NCBI GenBank assembly: GCA_035285025.1 | Contig: JAYKHY010000036.1 | Span: forward strand, 1-64,000 | Direction: 5' to 3' | Source of the DNA: Vampirovibrionales bacterium | GTDB lineage: Bacteria; Cyanobacteriota; Vampirovibrionia; Vampirovibrionales; JAJTHC01 | DNA: 64,000 nt | Shown: one piece after another, positions 30,494 to 39,706 of the stretch | Position numbering within the stretch: position 1 is the stretch's first letter | Layout: each line of letters begins with the position of its first letter | The notes under the pieces: generated by a model | The model's input: the letters and a program-made list of their open reading frames with translations, nothing else | Databases searched by the model: none | Told to the model about the DNA's origin: nothing | Position numbers and translations under genes: made by a program

Positions 30494-31042
30494 TTAAGCC
30501 AGCGCCTCGAGGACGTTTTTGCCGATGATTTGCGTGCCCGTGGCTGGGCCGGTCACGGTTTTCTCGGTGCGGCCCAGCAGCTGATTGATCGTTGCCCAGG
30601 CGTCTTGACACCAATTATTGGGAATGCCCAATCGTTGTTTTTCGGCGGCTTTGGCCAGCGCACCATTGACCACGGCACCTGTGCCGGCAAAGGCGGCAAT
30701 CGCCCCCGGAATCGCGGCAAACTGCATCAGCGGAATTGCTGCAATGCCAACAAGCGGAACTTTTGCTGCGCTGAGTAATAGCGCAAAGCTGCCTGTCATA
30801 AAGCTGGCAAAGGCCGGGCCAAAGTGCGCGACGCCCAAATTATGCCATGCGGTTTGTTCGGTCTCGTGCCAGGCCTGCTTAAGCTTGAGCGTTGCCTGAT
30901 CGATGGGCAGTTGCTGAAACGCTTTATTCATGGCCTGTTGCAGGTTTTCTTGCGCGCCCGCCTGGAACGTTTTTTTTGCGCCGCCCGCTTTTTGGACCGC
31001 GGTTTGCACCAGTTGCTGCGCGGTTTTGAGGTTAATACTCAT
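30494..31042 (-). CDS. Hypothetical protein with Ala/Gly-rich hydrophobic hairpin
   Basis: Starts MSINLKTAQQL. Similar architecture to its neighbour, with FGPAFASFMTGSFALLLSAAKVPLVGIAAIPLMQFAAIPGAIAAFAGTGAVV. Confidence 0.6.
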   Translation of the reverse strand: MSINLKTAQQLVQTAVQKAGGAKKTFQAGAQENLQQAMNKAFQQLPIDQATLKLKQAWHETEQTAWHNLGVAHFGPAFASFMTGSFALLLSAAKVPLVGIAAIPLMQFAAIPGAIAAFAGTGAVVNGALAKAAEKQRLGIPNNWCQDAWATINQLLGRTEKTVTGPATGTQIIGKNVLEALA

Positions 31043-31274
31043 AAGCGTTTTTGTTCACTCTCTCGTCTAAATTTTTTGGGCGGCGCCTAAGCAGCGCTGC
31101 GCCTAAGTGACCTTTGGGCTTTAATCATCTTGACCTTAATCATCTTGATCTTCTCAAGCGCACAAAGCCGCCTGAAGCCAATTCGGTGCTAACAAGCGGC
31201 GATGGATTGCAAAAAATTTACATAGAGATGTCCCTCAGAGGGGCCTCTCTCAGGGCTCAAGTTCACTTAAGCAC

Positions 31275-31358
31275 CGTCATTCCCGCGAAGGCGGGAATCC
31301 ATCTTTTTCGGATTTGTTACACTGCCTGGCCTGGATTCCGGCGTTCGCCGGAATGACG
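31275..31358. repeat. dRS3/NIME-like palindromic element (two ATTCCC-N8-GGGAAT-type palindromes inside CGTCATTCC...GGAATGACG inverted termini)
   Basis: ATTCCCGCGAAGGCGGGAAT and ATTCCGGCGTTCGCCGGAAT, flanked by 9-bp terminal inverted repeats. Confidence 0.6.
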
Positions 31359-31368
31359 TTTAAAAGAC

Positions 31369-32919
31369 TCAGGCGGCGGCGTCGAGCCTCATCAGCTCGG
31401 CTTTGGCGTTATTGCTGATTTGTTGCGCGCCGATACCAACGGCTTTAGCAAATAGCCCAAACAAGCCCGCCATCGCGCTGGGAATCAACACAAACGGCGA
31501 GGCGTCGTGAATCACGTCCGACGCGTCGTGGGCAAAGTGGCCCAATGTGTCGTGCCAGTTGTGTTCGTCAGTGTCGGGCGTTGTTTCGTTCGGCAAGTTT
31601 GTATTCACCGTGCTTTCGGGGGTCAGTTCTGCATCGCCCAGTTTAACCTTGGGTGAGCCAAACCAGCCTCTTTTTTCGACGGTAAGTGTAAAATTACCAG
31701 GCGTATTATCTGGAATTTGATAAGTTTGCGTATTTGCCGCCAACTGTGTGTGAGCATCAGGCGAAGCATGGTCGCTTATATTATTTCTGAGCAGCGTTGC
31801 AATTGGGCCTTCGCCATCCAAGTTGCGATCCATTTGAGAAATGCTGCCCAAAGGCGCCTCTTGATTTACGTCATGAGACTCAATATTTTTGAAGGCTTTT
31901 AAGGCTTCGTTGTTTTGTTGAGTCACGGAGGGCACGGATTTTTGCGCGGCATTACTGGCGTCAAATTGCGCTTTAAGATTGTGCCATACGTCGTTCGCTT
32001 TTTCTGCGTAGGGCTTTAGGGTATCGTCTAGCATGCCTTGAGATTGTGTTTTGAATGTTTCAGCGTGTTCTTGAGCTAGATCTTTAACTGAATGGGGTGT
32101 TTTACCCATTTCAACAACTTTATCTACGTCAAAATCAGGTTTGGCGTCTGGATTGGCTTGAATCACGGTTTGCCCTTGCGGGTTGATGGTTTTAGTAACT
32201 TGTTCTGCAGGGGCTTCAGTTGTCACCTCAGGCGTATCTGCTTTGGCTTCAGGCGTATCGGTTTTAGATTCGGTGTTGCTGCTCGTTGGTGCTTCTTTGG
32301 CTTGCGTTGCGGCAGGTTTGGTCTCTGCGTTGGTGGCTTCAGGCGCAGGTGTTGCTTCGGGCGCTGCAGGTTTGACCTCACGAGTCATACTTTCCAAGTT
32401 TTCAGGGGGTGTGTCTAATTTTTTCCATTCAGTTTCATGCTCTCCTTTAACGAAAAACGCTTTCCCGTCGTAGGTTTTGTAGTCAAGATGATTATGTTTA
32501 TCCGAATACTCGATTGTTCCCTGAATTTTGTCCCCATTATGCTGAATGACTGTTTTGGGAGTGTCGACCTTTGATTGTTGGGCATCTCCCGCTTTGGTCT
32601 CCTCAACTTTTGGTGGCTGAACATCATCTACTTTAGAAGGCGCCTTGGCCCCTTCTTTCACAAACGTTTTCTGGAGCCAGTCGGCCACGTTCATAAAGTC
32701 AAACCGGTTATCGCCCTCGTGCGGCAATAATTGCGCGGCACCCCCAGCCAAGCCGCCGCCAAGCACTACGGGCGCGTGCGCATCTGCAATCTGGTATGAG
32801 CTGTTGGCTAACTCTTGCGTGACTTTGGCGCGGTTTTGTAAATTTTGGGCAGTGGTGCCAAAATGCGGGTTCTGTTGGCTGGGTCGAATGGTCGTCATTG
32901 TAAGGTTATGGCTCCCCAA
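31369..32919 (-). CDS. Hypothetical low-complexity protein (516 aa) with Pro/Thr/Glu/Ala/Lys-rich central region
   Basis: Long ORF. C-terminal hydrophobic stretch FVLIPSAMAGLFGLFAKAVGIG. No known domain. Confidence 0.6.
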   Translation of the reverse strand: MGSHNLTMTTIRPSQQNPHFGTTAQNLQNRAKVTQELANSSYQIADAHAPVVLGGGLAGGAAQLLPHEGDNRFDFMNVADWLQKTFVKEGAKAPSKVDDVQPPKVEETKAGDAQQSKVDTPKTVIQHNGDKIQGTIEYSDKHNHLDYKTYDGKAFFVKGEHETEWKKLDTPPENLESMTREVKPAAPEATPAPEATNAETKPAATQAKEAPTSSNTESKTDTPEAKADTPEVTTEAPAEQVTKTINPQGQTVIQANPDAKPDFDVDKVVEMGKTPHSVKDLAQEHAETFKTQSQGMLDDTLKPYAEKANDVWHNLKAQFDASNAAQKSVPSVTQQNNEALKAFKNIESHDVNQEAPLGSISQMDRNLDGEGPIATLLRNNISDHASPDAHTQLAANTQTYQIPDNTPGNFTLTVEKRGWFGSPKVKLGDAELTPESTVNTNLPNETTPDTDEHNWHDTLGHFAHDASDVIHDASPFVLIPSAMAGLFGLFAKAVGIGAQQISNNAKAELMRLDAAA

Positions 32920-33424
32920 GATGTATGTTAAATGCGGTCATGCGTAACGTCAGGATAAATGCAGGCCTGCGCTCTGGGCTTAAATGCTACCGAAAAAATG
33001 GGTTAACACTTGAGCGGTGGTGCGGGCTGAGTACTTTTAATAAGCCAACTGAAGCTGGATTTGTGCGACAGAATAGACCAAATGTAACGGTTTTTTAATG
33101 CAGCGTTTAAAAGCCTCCAGAATCTGGGCACGCGTTCGACACTCATAACACAGGGAAACATTAAACGTTGACTCGCGCCGAGTCGTTCAAATAAATGCGT
33201 GGTGGCGGCGCAGGGTTAATTTTGCGAGTGCGTTTATAGTGAATAACTCGCGCGGGTTTGGGTCTCGCGGCTGGGTGATCGTCAGTTTTTGTATAAATTT
33301 ATTGCGCGGGTTTTTTCGGGTCAGGCTTTTTAGGCAAAAAGCGACAGGAGTAGATGTGGTTTTACCCATTAATTCATCGCGTGCGTATACCCCTAATGTT
33401 CAGCTTTCGGCTCAATTTCGGTTT

Positions 33425-34579
33425 ATGTCGCAAGGTGATTCCGCCGAGGCGAATGCCGGCGTTTCGGCTTTATCAAAGGCGTTAAACACCAATGCGTTTA
33501 ATCCTTTGGCCGGAAGCTCAAAATCGAGCGGTTTTTCGGGCGTGCGTTCGGCCCGCCAAGCGAATGCGCTGCAGCTAACGCAGTTACAATCCGAGCTCGC
33601 CGAGACGCTAACCGATCCGCTTGCTTCGCGGGAAAATAGTTTGAGCAAAACCTCGGTGCTCGCCACAGAAGCGGAAACCGAGACGGTAGAAACCGCTGCC
33701 GTTGATACGCAGGCGTTAGAAGCCCTGCAAGCCGAACTCAAGCAAGTGGGTCAGCAGCAGCAAAGCCTTAACGGCGCGTTATCTCAGGCGCAGGCTCAGT
33801 TGGCGGCCTATACGCAGCCTGTACCCGCTAAGCCCGAACCCGCCAAGCCTGAAGAGCCTACAGAAAAACCCGAACCCGTCAAATTAGAGCCCGCCAAGCC
33901 TGAAGGGTCTACGGTAAAACCTGAGCCCGCTACGCCCGAGCCCGCCAAGCCCGAAGGGGCTAAGCAAAAGCCCGAGTTGCCCGAGAAAGCGCCTAAAAAG
34001 GGATTGGCCTTAGGGTTAGAAAAACAGGTGCAAGCTGAACCGAAAGCCGAGGCTAAAAACGAGCCTAAACTTGAAGCCAAGGCTGAAGTAAAAGCTGAGG
34101 CTAAAAACGAGCCTAAACTTGAAGCCAAGGTTGAAGCCAAGGTTGAAGCCAAGGTTGAAGCCAAGGCTGAAGTAAAAGCCGAAAAAGCCACCGAAGTTAA
34201 AGCTTCGCCGAAAAACGACGGCTTAAACGCGCTGAAAGATACTTTGGCTAGTTTGAATCAGCAATTGGGGGGCTTGGCTGCAAAACAAGCTTATTTAACC
34301 GAGCAGCGCGCCATTGTTTTGGGTAAAACCCAAATCCGTACCGAAACTGTCCTGGTGACGCGTGAGCACACGCAATATTCCAGCGAATCCAGCCTGGGGG
34401 GTGGTGCTTCGGGCAAGGCGCTTTCGGTGGTATTAGGCAAATTGGTTGCGCATTACGCGCACGATTTGCGCGATAGCGCCGAGGCCTCGAAAAATACGAC
34501 CACACAGTTTTTATCTACGCCCGCCTCGGAAGGGTTTGTGAGCGAGTTAAAACACGAAACGCGAAGCTTGCTGGTTTAA
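33425..34579 (+). CDS. Hypothetical coiled-coil/repeat protein (PEPAKPE and EAKVEAK tandem repeats)
   Basis: Start at MSQGDSAE. Internal 12-bp and ~45-bp tandem DNA repeats encode Lys/Glu/Ala/Val repeats. Confidence 0.6.
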   Translation: MSQGDSAEANAGVSALSKALNTNAFNPLAGSSKSSGFSGVRSARQANALQLTQLQSELAETLTDPLASRENSLSKTSVLATEAETETVETAAVDTQALEALQAELKQVGQQQQSLNGALSQAQAQLAAYTQPVPAKPEPAKPEEPTEKPEPVKLEPAKPEGSTVKPEPATPEPAKPEGAKQKPELPEKAPKKGLALGLEKQVQAEPKAEAKNEPKLEAKAEVKAEAKNEPKLEAKVEAKVEAKVEAKAEVKAEKATEVKASPKNDGLNALKDTLASLNQQLGGLAAKQAYLTEQRAIVLGKTQIRTETVLVTREHTQYSSESSLGGGASGKALSVVLGKLVAHYAHDLRDSAEASKNTTTQFLSTPASEGFVSELKHETRSLLV

Positions 34580-34586
34580 TGCAAGG

Positions 34587-35549
34587 CTAAGGCGTGTTTT
34601 TAGGGCTGGCCTGTTTTGCGGCGGGGTTTTCTGAGGGATTCAGGGCTAAAAACTTTAAGTACGTCACGAGCGATTCAATCTGGCTATCGGTTAATGGGCC
34701 GCCTTTATGCTGGCTAAACGGGGGCATGGTTGGGCTGGTGGGCGAGCCGTTGCTGATAATTAAATTGAGGTTTTTTAAAAACGTGGCGTCATGGTAGCGA
34801 TTATCGGGTAGCAGGGGCAGCACGCCTTTTGTGTTTGCAATAAGTGCCGGTGCCACGCGCCCTGAGCCACCTATGCCGTGGCACATGGCGCAGTCTGCGT
34901 TAAACAGCGCTTCGCCCGATTTGCCGATACCTTTTTGCACGTGGCACGTTGCGCACTGCCCCTGGAACAGCACGAGCGGGTTTTTGACGGCCACAGGTTT
35001 ATGCCCCTTAAAATTGGGCAATACGTTGGCCACCAGTTTTAGTTCTTGATGTTCAGGATCTGGATCGTTAGAAAACAGCGCGATGGTTTTTTCGACGTGG
35101 CCGAGTTTAATGCTGGTATCCAGATTGATTTTAAGCGTAGCAAATTGGCCAGGCAAAATGGTGTCTTTACTCAGTTTGGCCACGGTGCATCCGCACGAAG
35201 GTTCTGCAGAATAGATTTTAAGCGGCTTGCCGCCAATGTTGCGCAATCGGTATTCGGTTGCGGCCTTAGCATCCGTTTTTACATCGCCCAGCGTCTGAAC
35301 CCAGGGTTCGGCTAAAAGCGTTGGCGGCGCGTAAGGGTTAATAAGCACCGGGCGCAGCTGCGGCTTTAAAAATGCGCTTGCGCAAAGTAGCGGCAAAAGT
35401 GCCAAAACCCAAAGGCCGACCATCCATTTAGCAGCTTGGTGCAACATGATTGGTTCTAGTGGCGACGCGCCCTGTTGTTCTGCCTGATAACACGCGCTGT
35501 GGTAAAGGAGGAAGGAACTTTTTGGATAGGGTGCAAGCGCAGGTGACAC
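34587..35549 (-). CDS. DUF1573 domain fused to a dihaem c-type cytochrome domain
   Basis: N-terminal TM/signal, SCGCT motif of DUF1573, then two CxxCH haem-binding sites (CATCH, CAMCH). Confidence 0.65.
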   Translation of the reverse strand: MSPALAPYPKSSFLLYHSACYQAEQQGASPLEPIMLHQAAKWMVGLWVLALLPLLCASAFLKPQLRPVLINPYAPPTLLAEPWVQTLGDVKTDAKAATEYRLRNIGGKPLKIYSAEPSCGCTVAKLSKDTILPGQFATLKINLDTSIKLGHVEKTIALFSNDPDPEHQELKLVANVLPNFKGHKPVAVKNPLVLFQGQCATCHVQKGIGKSGEALFNADCAMCHGIGGSGRVAPALIANTKGVLPLLPDNRYHDATFLKNLNLIISNGSPTSPTMPPFSQHKGGPLTDSQIESLVTYLKFLALNPSENPAAKQASPKNTP

Positions 35550-35728
35550 CGATTACTTATATTTAGTTTATAGCGTAACGTTTAAAATATAAACAGTGCG
35601 GCACGCTTTAAAGCATTTAGGCTTGCAGGGCCGTGCGAATTTCTCTGGCTGTGTGGCTTATAAATAAACTTAACCCGGGTGATTAACTTGGTGGGCAAGC
35701 CCGAACTGACCCAAAGCGGGCTTCAAAA

Positions 35729-36526
35729 TTAGCCAATCAGCTGCTCTTTTAACGCTTTAACCGCGGCCCCGGTGCGATCGGTGACGCCCAGCTTATGAAA
35801 AATATTTTTCATGTGGGTTTTTACGGTGTTTTGCGTAATCACTAAACTTTGGGCAATTTCCTGATTGCTGCGACCTTCGGTAATCAGCATCAGCACATCG
35901 CGTTCACGCTCTGTAAGCAAATGCCCTTTATGCGGCGCGGCTTCGGGTGTGGTTTGGGCCATCGCCAGATTGAATCCTGGTGCGGGCTGCGAGGCGTAAG
36001 GTTTAGCTGTTAACGCACGGGGTGCCGAATGCTCGAAAGCTTGCGAAGGTAAGCTATTGGCTTGTAACGACGCCTCTGTTTTTTTAGTGCGTTGGGCTTG
36101 TAGCTGAGAAACAATGGCTTTGGCCATTCGAGGGTCAATCCAGCAAGCGTTATGCAGCACCAGTTGCCGAATAATCCCTTTTAGGGCCTCGGCAGAGGTT
36201 TGCTTAAGGCTAAAGCCGTTTGCGCCTGCGGTTAGCGCCTGAATCATCAGGGCTTCGTTTTGTTCGGCCGCTAAAACGTACACCCGTGCTTCGCTAAACA
36301 CTTCGCGCAGGGCCAAAATGGCCTCGCTACAGCCCGTGGTGTCCATAATCACCAAATCGGGTTTGTGCAGGGCGTACAGCTTGGTTAAAGCTTTGGTGTC
36401 GGTGCTTTGCGCCACCACCGTTAGGCCCTTTTCGGGGCTGTGCAGCGCCGCACAAAGCGCCTCGAGTACAGCGGCCTGGGGGTCCAGAATCAGGAGTTTA
36501 AGCGGTGAGGTGGGCGTTGCGGTCAT
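35729..36526 (-). CDS. Orphan response regulator with LuxR/FixJ-type HTH output domain
   Basis: Receiver-like N-terminus (DLVIMDTTG) and C-terminal LTERERDVL...GRSNQEIAQSL...VKTHMKNIFHKLGV LuxR HTH. No adjacent histidine kinase. Confidence 0.75.
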   Translation of the reverse strand: MTATPTSPLKLLILDPQAAVLEALCAALHSPEKGLTVVAQSTDTKALTKLYALHKPDLVIMDTTGCSEAILALREVFSEARVYVLAAEQNEALMIQALTAGANGFSLKQTSAEALKGIIRQLVLHNACWIDPRMAKAIVSQLQAQRTKKTEASLQANSLPSQAFEHSAPRALTAKPYASQPAPGFNLAMAQTTPEAAPHKGHLLTERERDVLMLITEGRSNQEIAQSLVITQNTVKTHMKNIFHKLGVTDRTGAAVKALKEQLIG

Positions 36527-36947
36527 AGGCTTGTCGGGGGTTCAATCAAAAAACTATGCGGTGTAAGACCTGCTGAGTAAGACCCATTTAAAGCGTTTAG
36601 CGCTGGTGCAAAATCAAATTTTAGGTTTCAGGTTCAGGGCAAAGACGCCTGTCTCAAAAATGACGCCTTTATCTAAAAGGGTTAACTGCTATAAAACCGT
36701 ATTTGCCCGATTCGTGCATCCATATAACAGATGAGCTTTAAGCCGGGCAAGGGTCCATGGCGTGTCGGGCGTAATTGGGTTAATACAGTTAACGCAAGAG
36801 AAACGCCAATGCTAACGCCTTGGCGACAGCATTTTTTCAGGCGGTGTTTTTTCGGCTTATGGGCGGGGCTTTAAATGGCAATTACCCGTTAAAAACAGTC
36901 AAGCCGCTAAAACAGGCAAACGGGTGCAACGACACGTGCGTTTGAGG

Positions 36948-37394
36948 TTAAAACACGTAATGGTGCATCAGTAATGCAATGCCTGCGCCTACAATTGCGC
37001 CACCCATGACTTCGACCGGGGTGTGGCCTAGTAATTCGCGAAGACGCTCGGGCAGTTTATCGGGGTGGTGCGAGTAAACGTCGCGTGTAATCTGGTTTAA
37101 AATGCCTGCCATTCGGCCTGCAGCCCTTCGGACGCCTGCCGCATCGTACATGACAACCAGCGTAACGCCTAACGCAATGGCGTATTCGACAGAATCAAAG
37201 CCTGCTACAAGCCCGGTTGCGGTCGAAAGACCCATCATCGAGGCGGTGTGCGTGCTGGGCATGCCGCCGGTTTCGACGAGCAGCCTGAAGTTAAAGGGTT
37301 TTCGGGCAAAAAGATGAAGAAACACCTTGGTAAGCTGCGCAACGCTTGCCGAAAGGAGCCCTGCCGTAATAACTTCGAAGCCGTGACCTGCCAT
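36948..37394 (-). CDS. Divergent PAP2-family (DUF212) membrane protein
   Basis: GGMPSTHTA motif and size match the acid-phosphatase/vanadium-haloperoxidase-related DUF212 family. Confidence 0.7.
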   Translation of the reverse strand: MAGHGFEVITAGLLSASVAQLTKVFLHLFARKPFNFRLLVETGGMPSTHTASMMGLSTATGLVAGFDSVEYAIALGVTLVVMYDAAGVRRAAGRMAGILNQITRDVYSHHPDKLPERLRELLGHTPVEVMGGAIVGAGIALLMHHYVF

Positions 37395-37477
37395 AAAGAG
37401 CCAAAAAACAAAACCGCTGGGCCGCAGCGTGCGGCAACCTGAACAATACGTGCTTTATAGCATACCCTAAAGCCGAG

Positions 37478-37693
37478 CTAAACGGATGGGTTTGCGGGAA
37501 TCGTTTTAGGCAATACCGCAATGGCTTGACGATAGGCAATAATGCGCTCGCAGACTTGCTGGGGGGACTCCAGAACCACCTGTTTTTCTCCGTTGACCAG
37601 GGTTATGGTGGTATCCGGCTTGGATTCAATCATGATGACCAGATCCGGATTCAGCCAGAACTCGGTGTTGTTAATGCGGGTGAGAAGAATCAT
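37478..37693 (-). CDS. flbD: Flagellar FlbD-family protein, orphan
   Basis: MILLTRINNTEFWLNPDLVIMIESKPDTTITLVNGEKQVV matches the conserved FlbD core (LTRLNG...F.LN...I...E..PDTTITL..G.K..V.E). Confidence 0.7.
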   Translation of the reverse strand: MILLTRINNTEFWLNPDLVIMIESKPDTTITLVNGEKQVVLESPQQVCERIIAYRQAIAVLPKTIPANPSV

Positions 37694-37856
37694 GTCTTAA
37701 ATACTATCACTATTTAAAAAAGCAACTCATAGGCTTTAGGTTATAAAAACGCTTTCCCGGACTGTGTTTTGAAGGCCCTAGTCGCCTCATCCAGAGTAGA
37801 GTTACTATAAAACATGCTGTAAAAATGAGCGTTAACGTTTTTTAAGGCTTGGGCGC

Positions 37857-38894
37857 TTGAAGCACGGATTTAATGATACCAATAGTGGTTTATGCCAAAA
37901 TAAAGCCGTGATGCAACTCCCTTTATTAACAGGCACGCTGCCGTTGCCCGCCTTGCCAGGCACCAGCGGCTGGCAAGGTACCCTAGACGATTTTTGGCGT
38001 GTGGTTTGTCAGCAGGCGCTGGCGCTCGCGTCGGCCGGGCTAGATGCGATTTGCGTTGAAAACCGTATGGATGCCTTATTCAGGCCCATGAACGCGCCGC
38101 TCGATGCGCTATCGGTAAGCGTATTGACTCGCGCCGTGTTGATGGCGCAAAAAGTTAGCGGGCTGCCGGTGGGCCTGAGCGTATGGCCAAATCATCCGGC
38201 GGCGGCGTTTGAGATTGCCAGCGCGACGGACGCCGCGTTTATTAAGGTTAAATTGCTCGCAGGGACCGTGCAGACCCCATACGGCGTGCTTTCTGGGGAG
38301 CCTGCGACGTTTATTACAGCGTTAAAACTGCTGGCGCAGGCCTCGGGGGGAGCGCACGCCTTGCCCCAGCTTTGGATTGAGTGCCCGGAAACCGAAGACG
38401 CGTATTTCGCCTCGTCGGCGTCATTGTCTGGCATGTCGGCCATTTTGCCGGACTGGCCTACGGCGCGCTGGTTGCTTCGCCCTGGCCAGATGGAGGCCCG
38501 GGTGGCTGAACGCTGCCTGAAGCCCGCCCATCCCGAGCAGCCGAGGCCGTTATACGGTTGCGTGCTTGCGCAGATGAGTGATTTGGAGCAGCTGCGTGGC
38601 GTGTTGCAGCAGCCGCAGGCCGGGGCCTTGTTTTCGGGGGCCGAACGCTGGTTTATCAGCGAGGGGTTTGAGAAGCCTGCTGACGCCACGCGCTCGGGGT
38701 TTAAGGCGCTGGATTCGGTTAAGCTTGAGCGCTGGGTGCAATCGGTTCGGCAAATGCATCTGGCGCTATTTTCTGACGGAGCTACGGGTGGGTCTTTTGA
38801 TGCTAGTGCGCCGATGCGCTATTTGCCTTCTGCGTCGGGTTTATTGTCGGGGCCTTCTGGCGCAGGTGCTACGGGATGCCCACACTCACGCTAG
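37857..38894 (+). CDS. BtpA/SgcQ-family TIM-barrel protein with ~100-aa C-terminal extension
   Basis: LPLPALPGTSGWQG and ICVENRMDALFRP correspond to the BtpA signature (HLxPLPGSP ... ENxxDxP). The 3' end overlaps the next gene by 19 nt. Confidence 0.6.
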   Translation: MKHGFNDTNSGLCQNKAVMQLPLLTGTLPLPALPGTSGWQGTLDDFWRVVCQQALALASAGLDAICVENRMDALFRPMNAPLDALSVSVLTRAVLMAQKVSGLPVGLSVWPNHPAAAFEIASATDAAFIKVKLLAGTVQTPYGVLSGEPATFITALKLLAQASGGAHALPQLWIECPETEDAYFASSASLSGMSAILPDWPTARWLLRPGQMEARVAERCLKPAHPEQPRPLYGCVLAQMSDLEQLRGVLQQPQAGALFSGAERWFISEGFEKPADATRSGFKALDSVKLERWVQSVRQMHLALFSDGATGGSFDASAPMRYLPSASGLLSGPSGAGATGCPHSR

Positions 38895-39706
38895 TCCATT
38901 TATACCCGGCAGAACTTAATATGTACGGCGACCGGGGCAATATTCTGGCCTTAGTCCAGCGCGCCGCCTGGCGCGGTATTCAGGTGCGCGTGCTGCCAGT
39001 GGGCTTGGCCGAGGCGTTTGACGCCGAGCAGGTCGATATTTTGTTTATGGGTGGCGGGCAGGATGCTCAGCAGATTGCGGTTTCTGAAGACTTGCAGCGC
39101 AACAAGCCTGCGTTAATTCAGCAGGCGGTGGCGGCGGGAGCCGTTATGCTGGGGATTTGTGGCGGTTACCAGTTAATGGGCCATTATTACAAGCCGCACC
39201 AAGGGCCAGAATTGCGTGGGTTAAGCCTGATGGATGTGCACACAGTGGCCGGCCATAAGCGGTTGATTGGTAATGTTAGCATTCGGCGCGAGCTGCCAGG
39301 GCACACGTATGACGTGGTTGGTTTTGAAAATCACAGCGGTAAAACGGTTTTGGGTGCGCAAGCTGGGCTAATGCCCTTGGGTCGTGTGATTTGCGGTTAC
39401 GGCAATAACGGAGACGACGGCCAGGAAGGCGCGGTTTTTGGGTCGCTTTACGGCAGCTATTTACACGGCTCGCTATTGCCTAAAAACCCTGCCTTAACCG
39501 ATGAACTGCTGTTTAGGGCGCTCAAAAAGCAACTGGGAGAAGTTCAAGCGCGGGCTCTGATGGTGCCGTTACCCGATGGGCTTGAGCAAAAGGCCCAGCG
39601 CGTGGCGCTAGAAATAGCCCAGCACGAATCGCGGCAGCGATTTGAAGCCGCGCATCCAAATATAATTTCGCGCATTAAGGGCTTGATTTTTCGTCAGTTG
39701 GGGTAA
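38876..39706 (+). CDS. GatD-like class I glutamine amidotransferase (CobB/CobQ-type GATase domain)
   Basis: Near-collinear similarity to the Staphylococcus lipid II isoglutaminyl synthase glutaminase subunit GatD (LYPAELNMYGDRGNILAL..., catalytic ICGGYQL, YLHGSLLPKN). No murT partner is present. Confidence 0.7.
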   Translation: MPTLTLVHLYPAELNMYGDRGNILALVQRAAWRGIQVRVLPVGLAEAFDAEQVDILFMGGGQDAQQIAVSEDLQRNKPALIQQAVAAGAVMLGICGGYQLMGHYYKPHQGPELRGLSLMDVHTVAGHKRLIGNVSIRRELPGHTYDVVGFENHSGKTVLGAQAGLMPLGRVICGYGNNGDDGQEGAVFGSLYGSYLHGSLLPKNPALTDELLFRALKKQLGEVQARALMVPLPDGLEQKAQRVALEIAQHESRQRFEAAHPNIISRIKGLIFRQLG

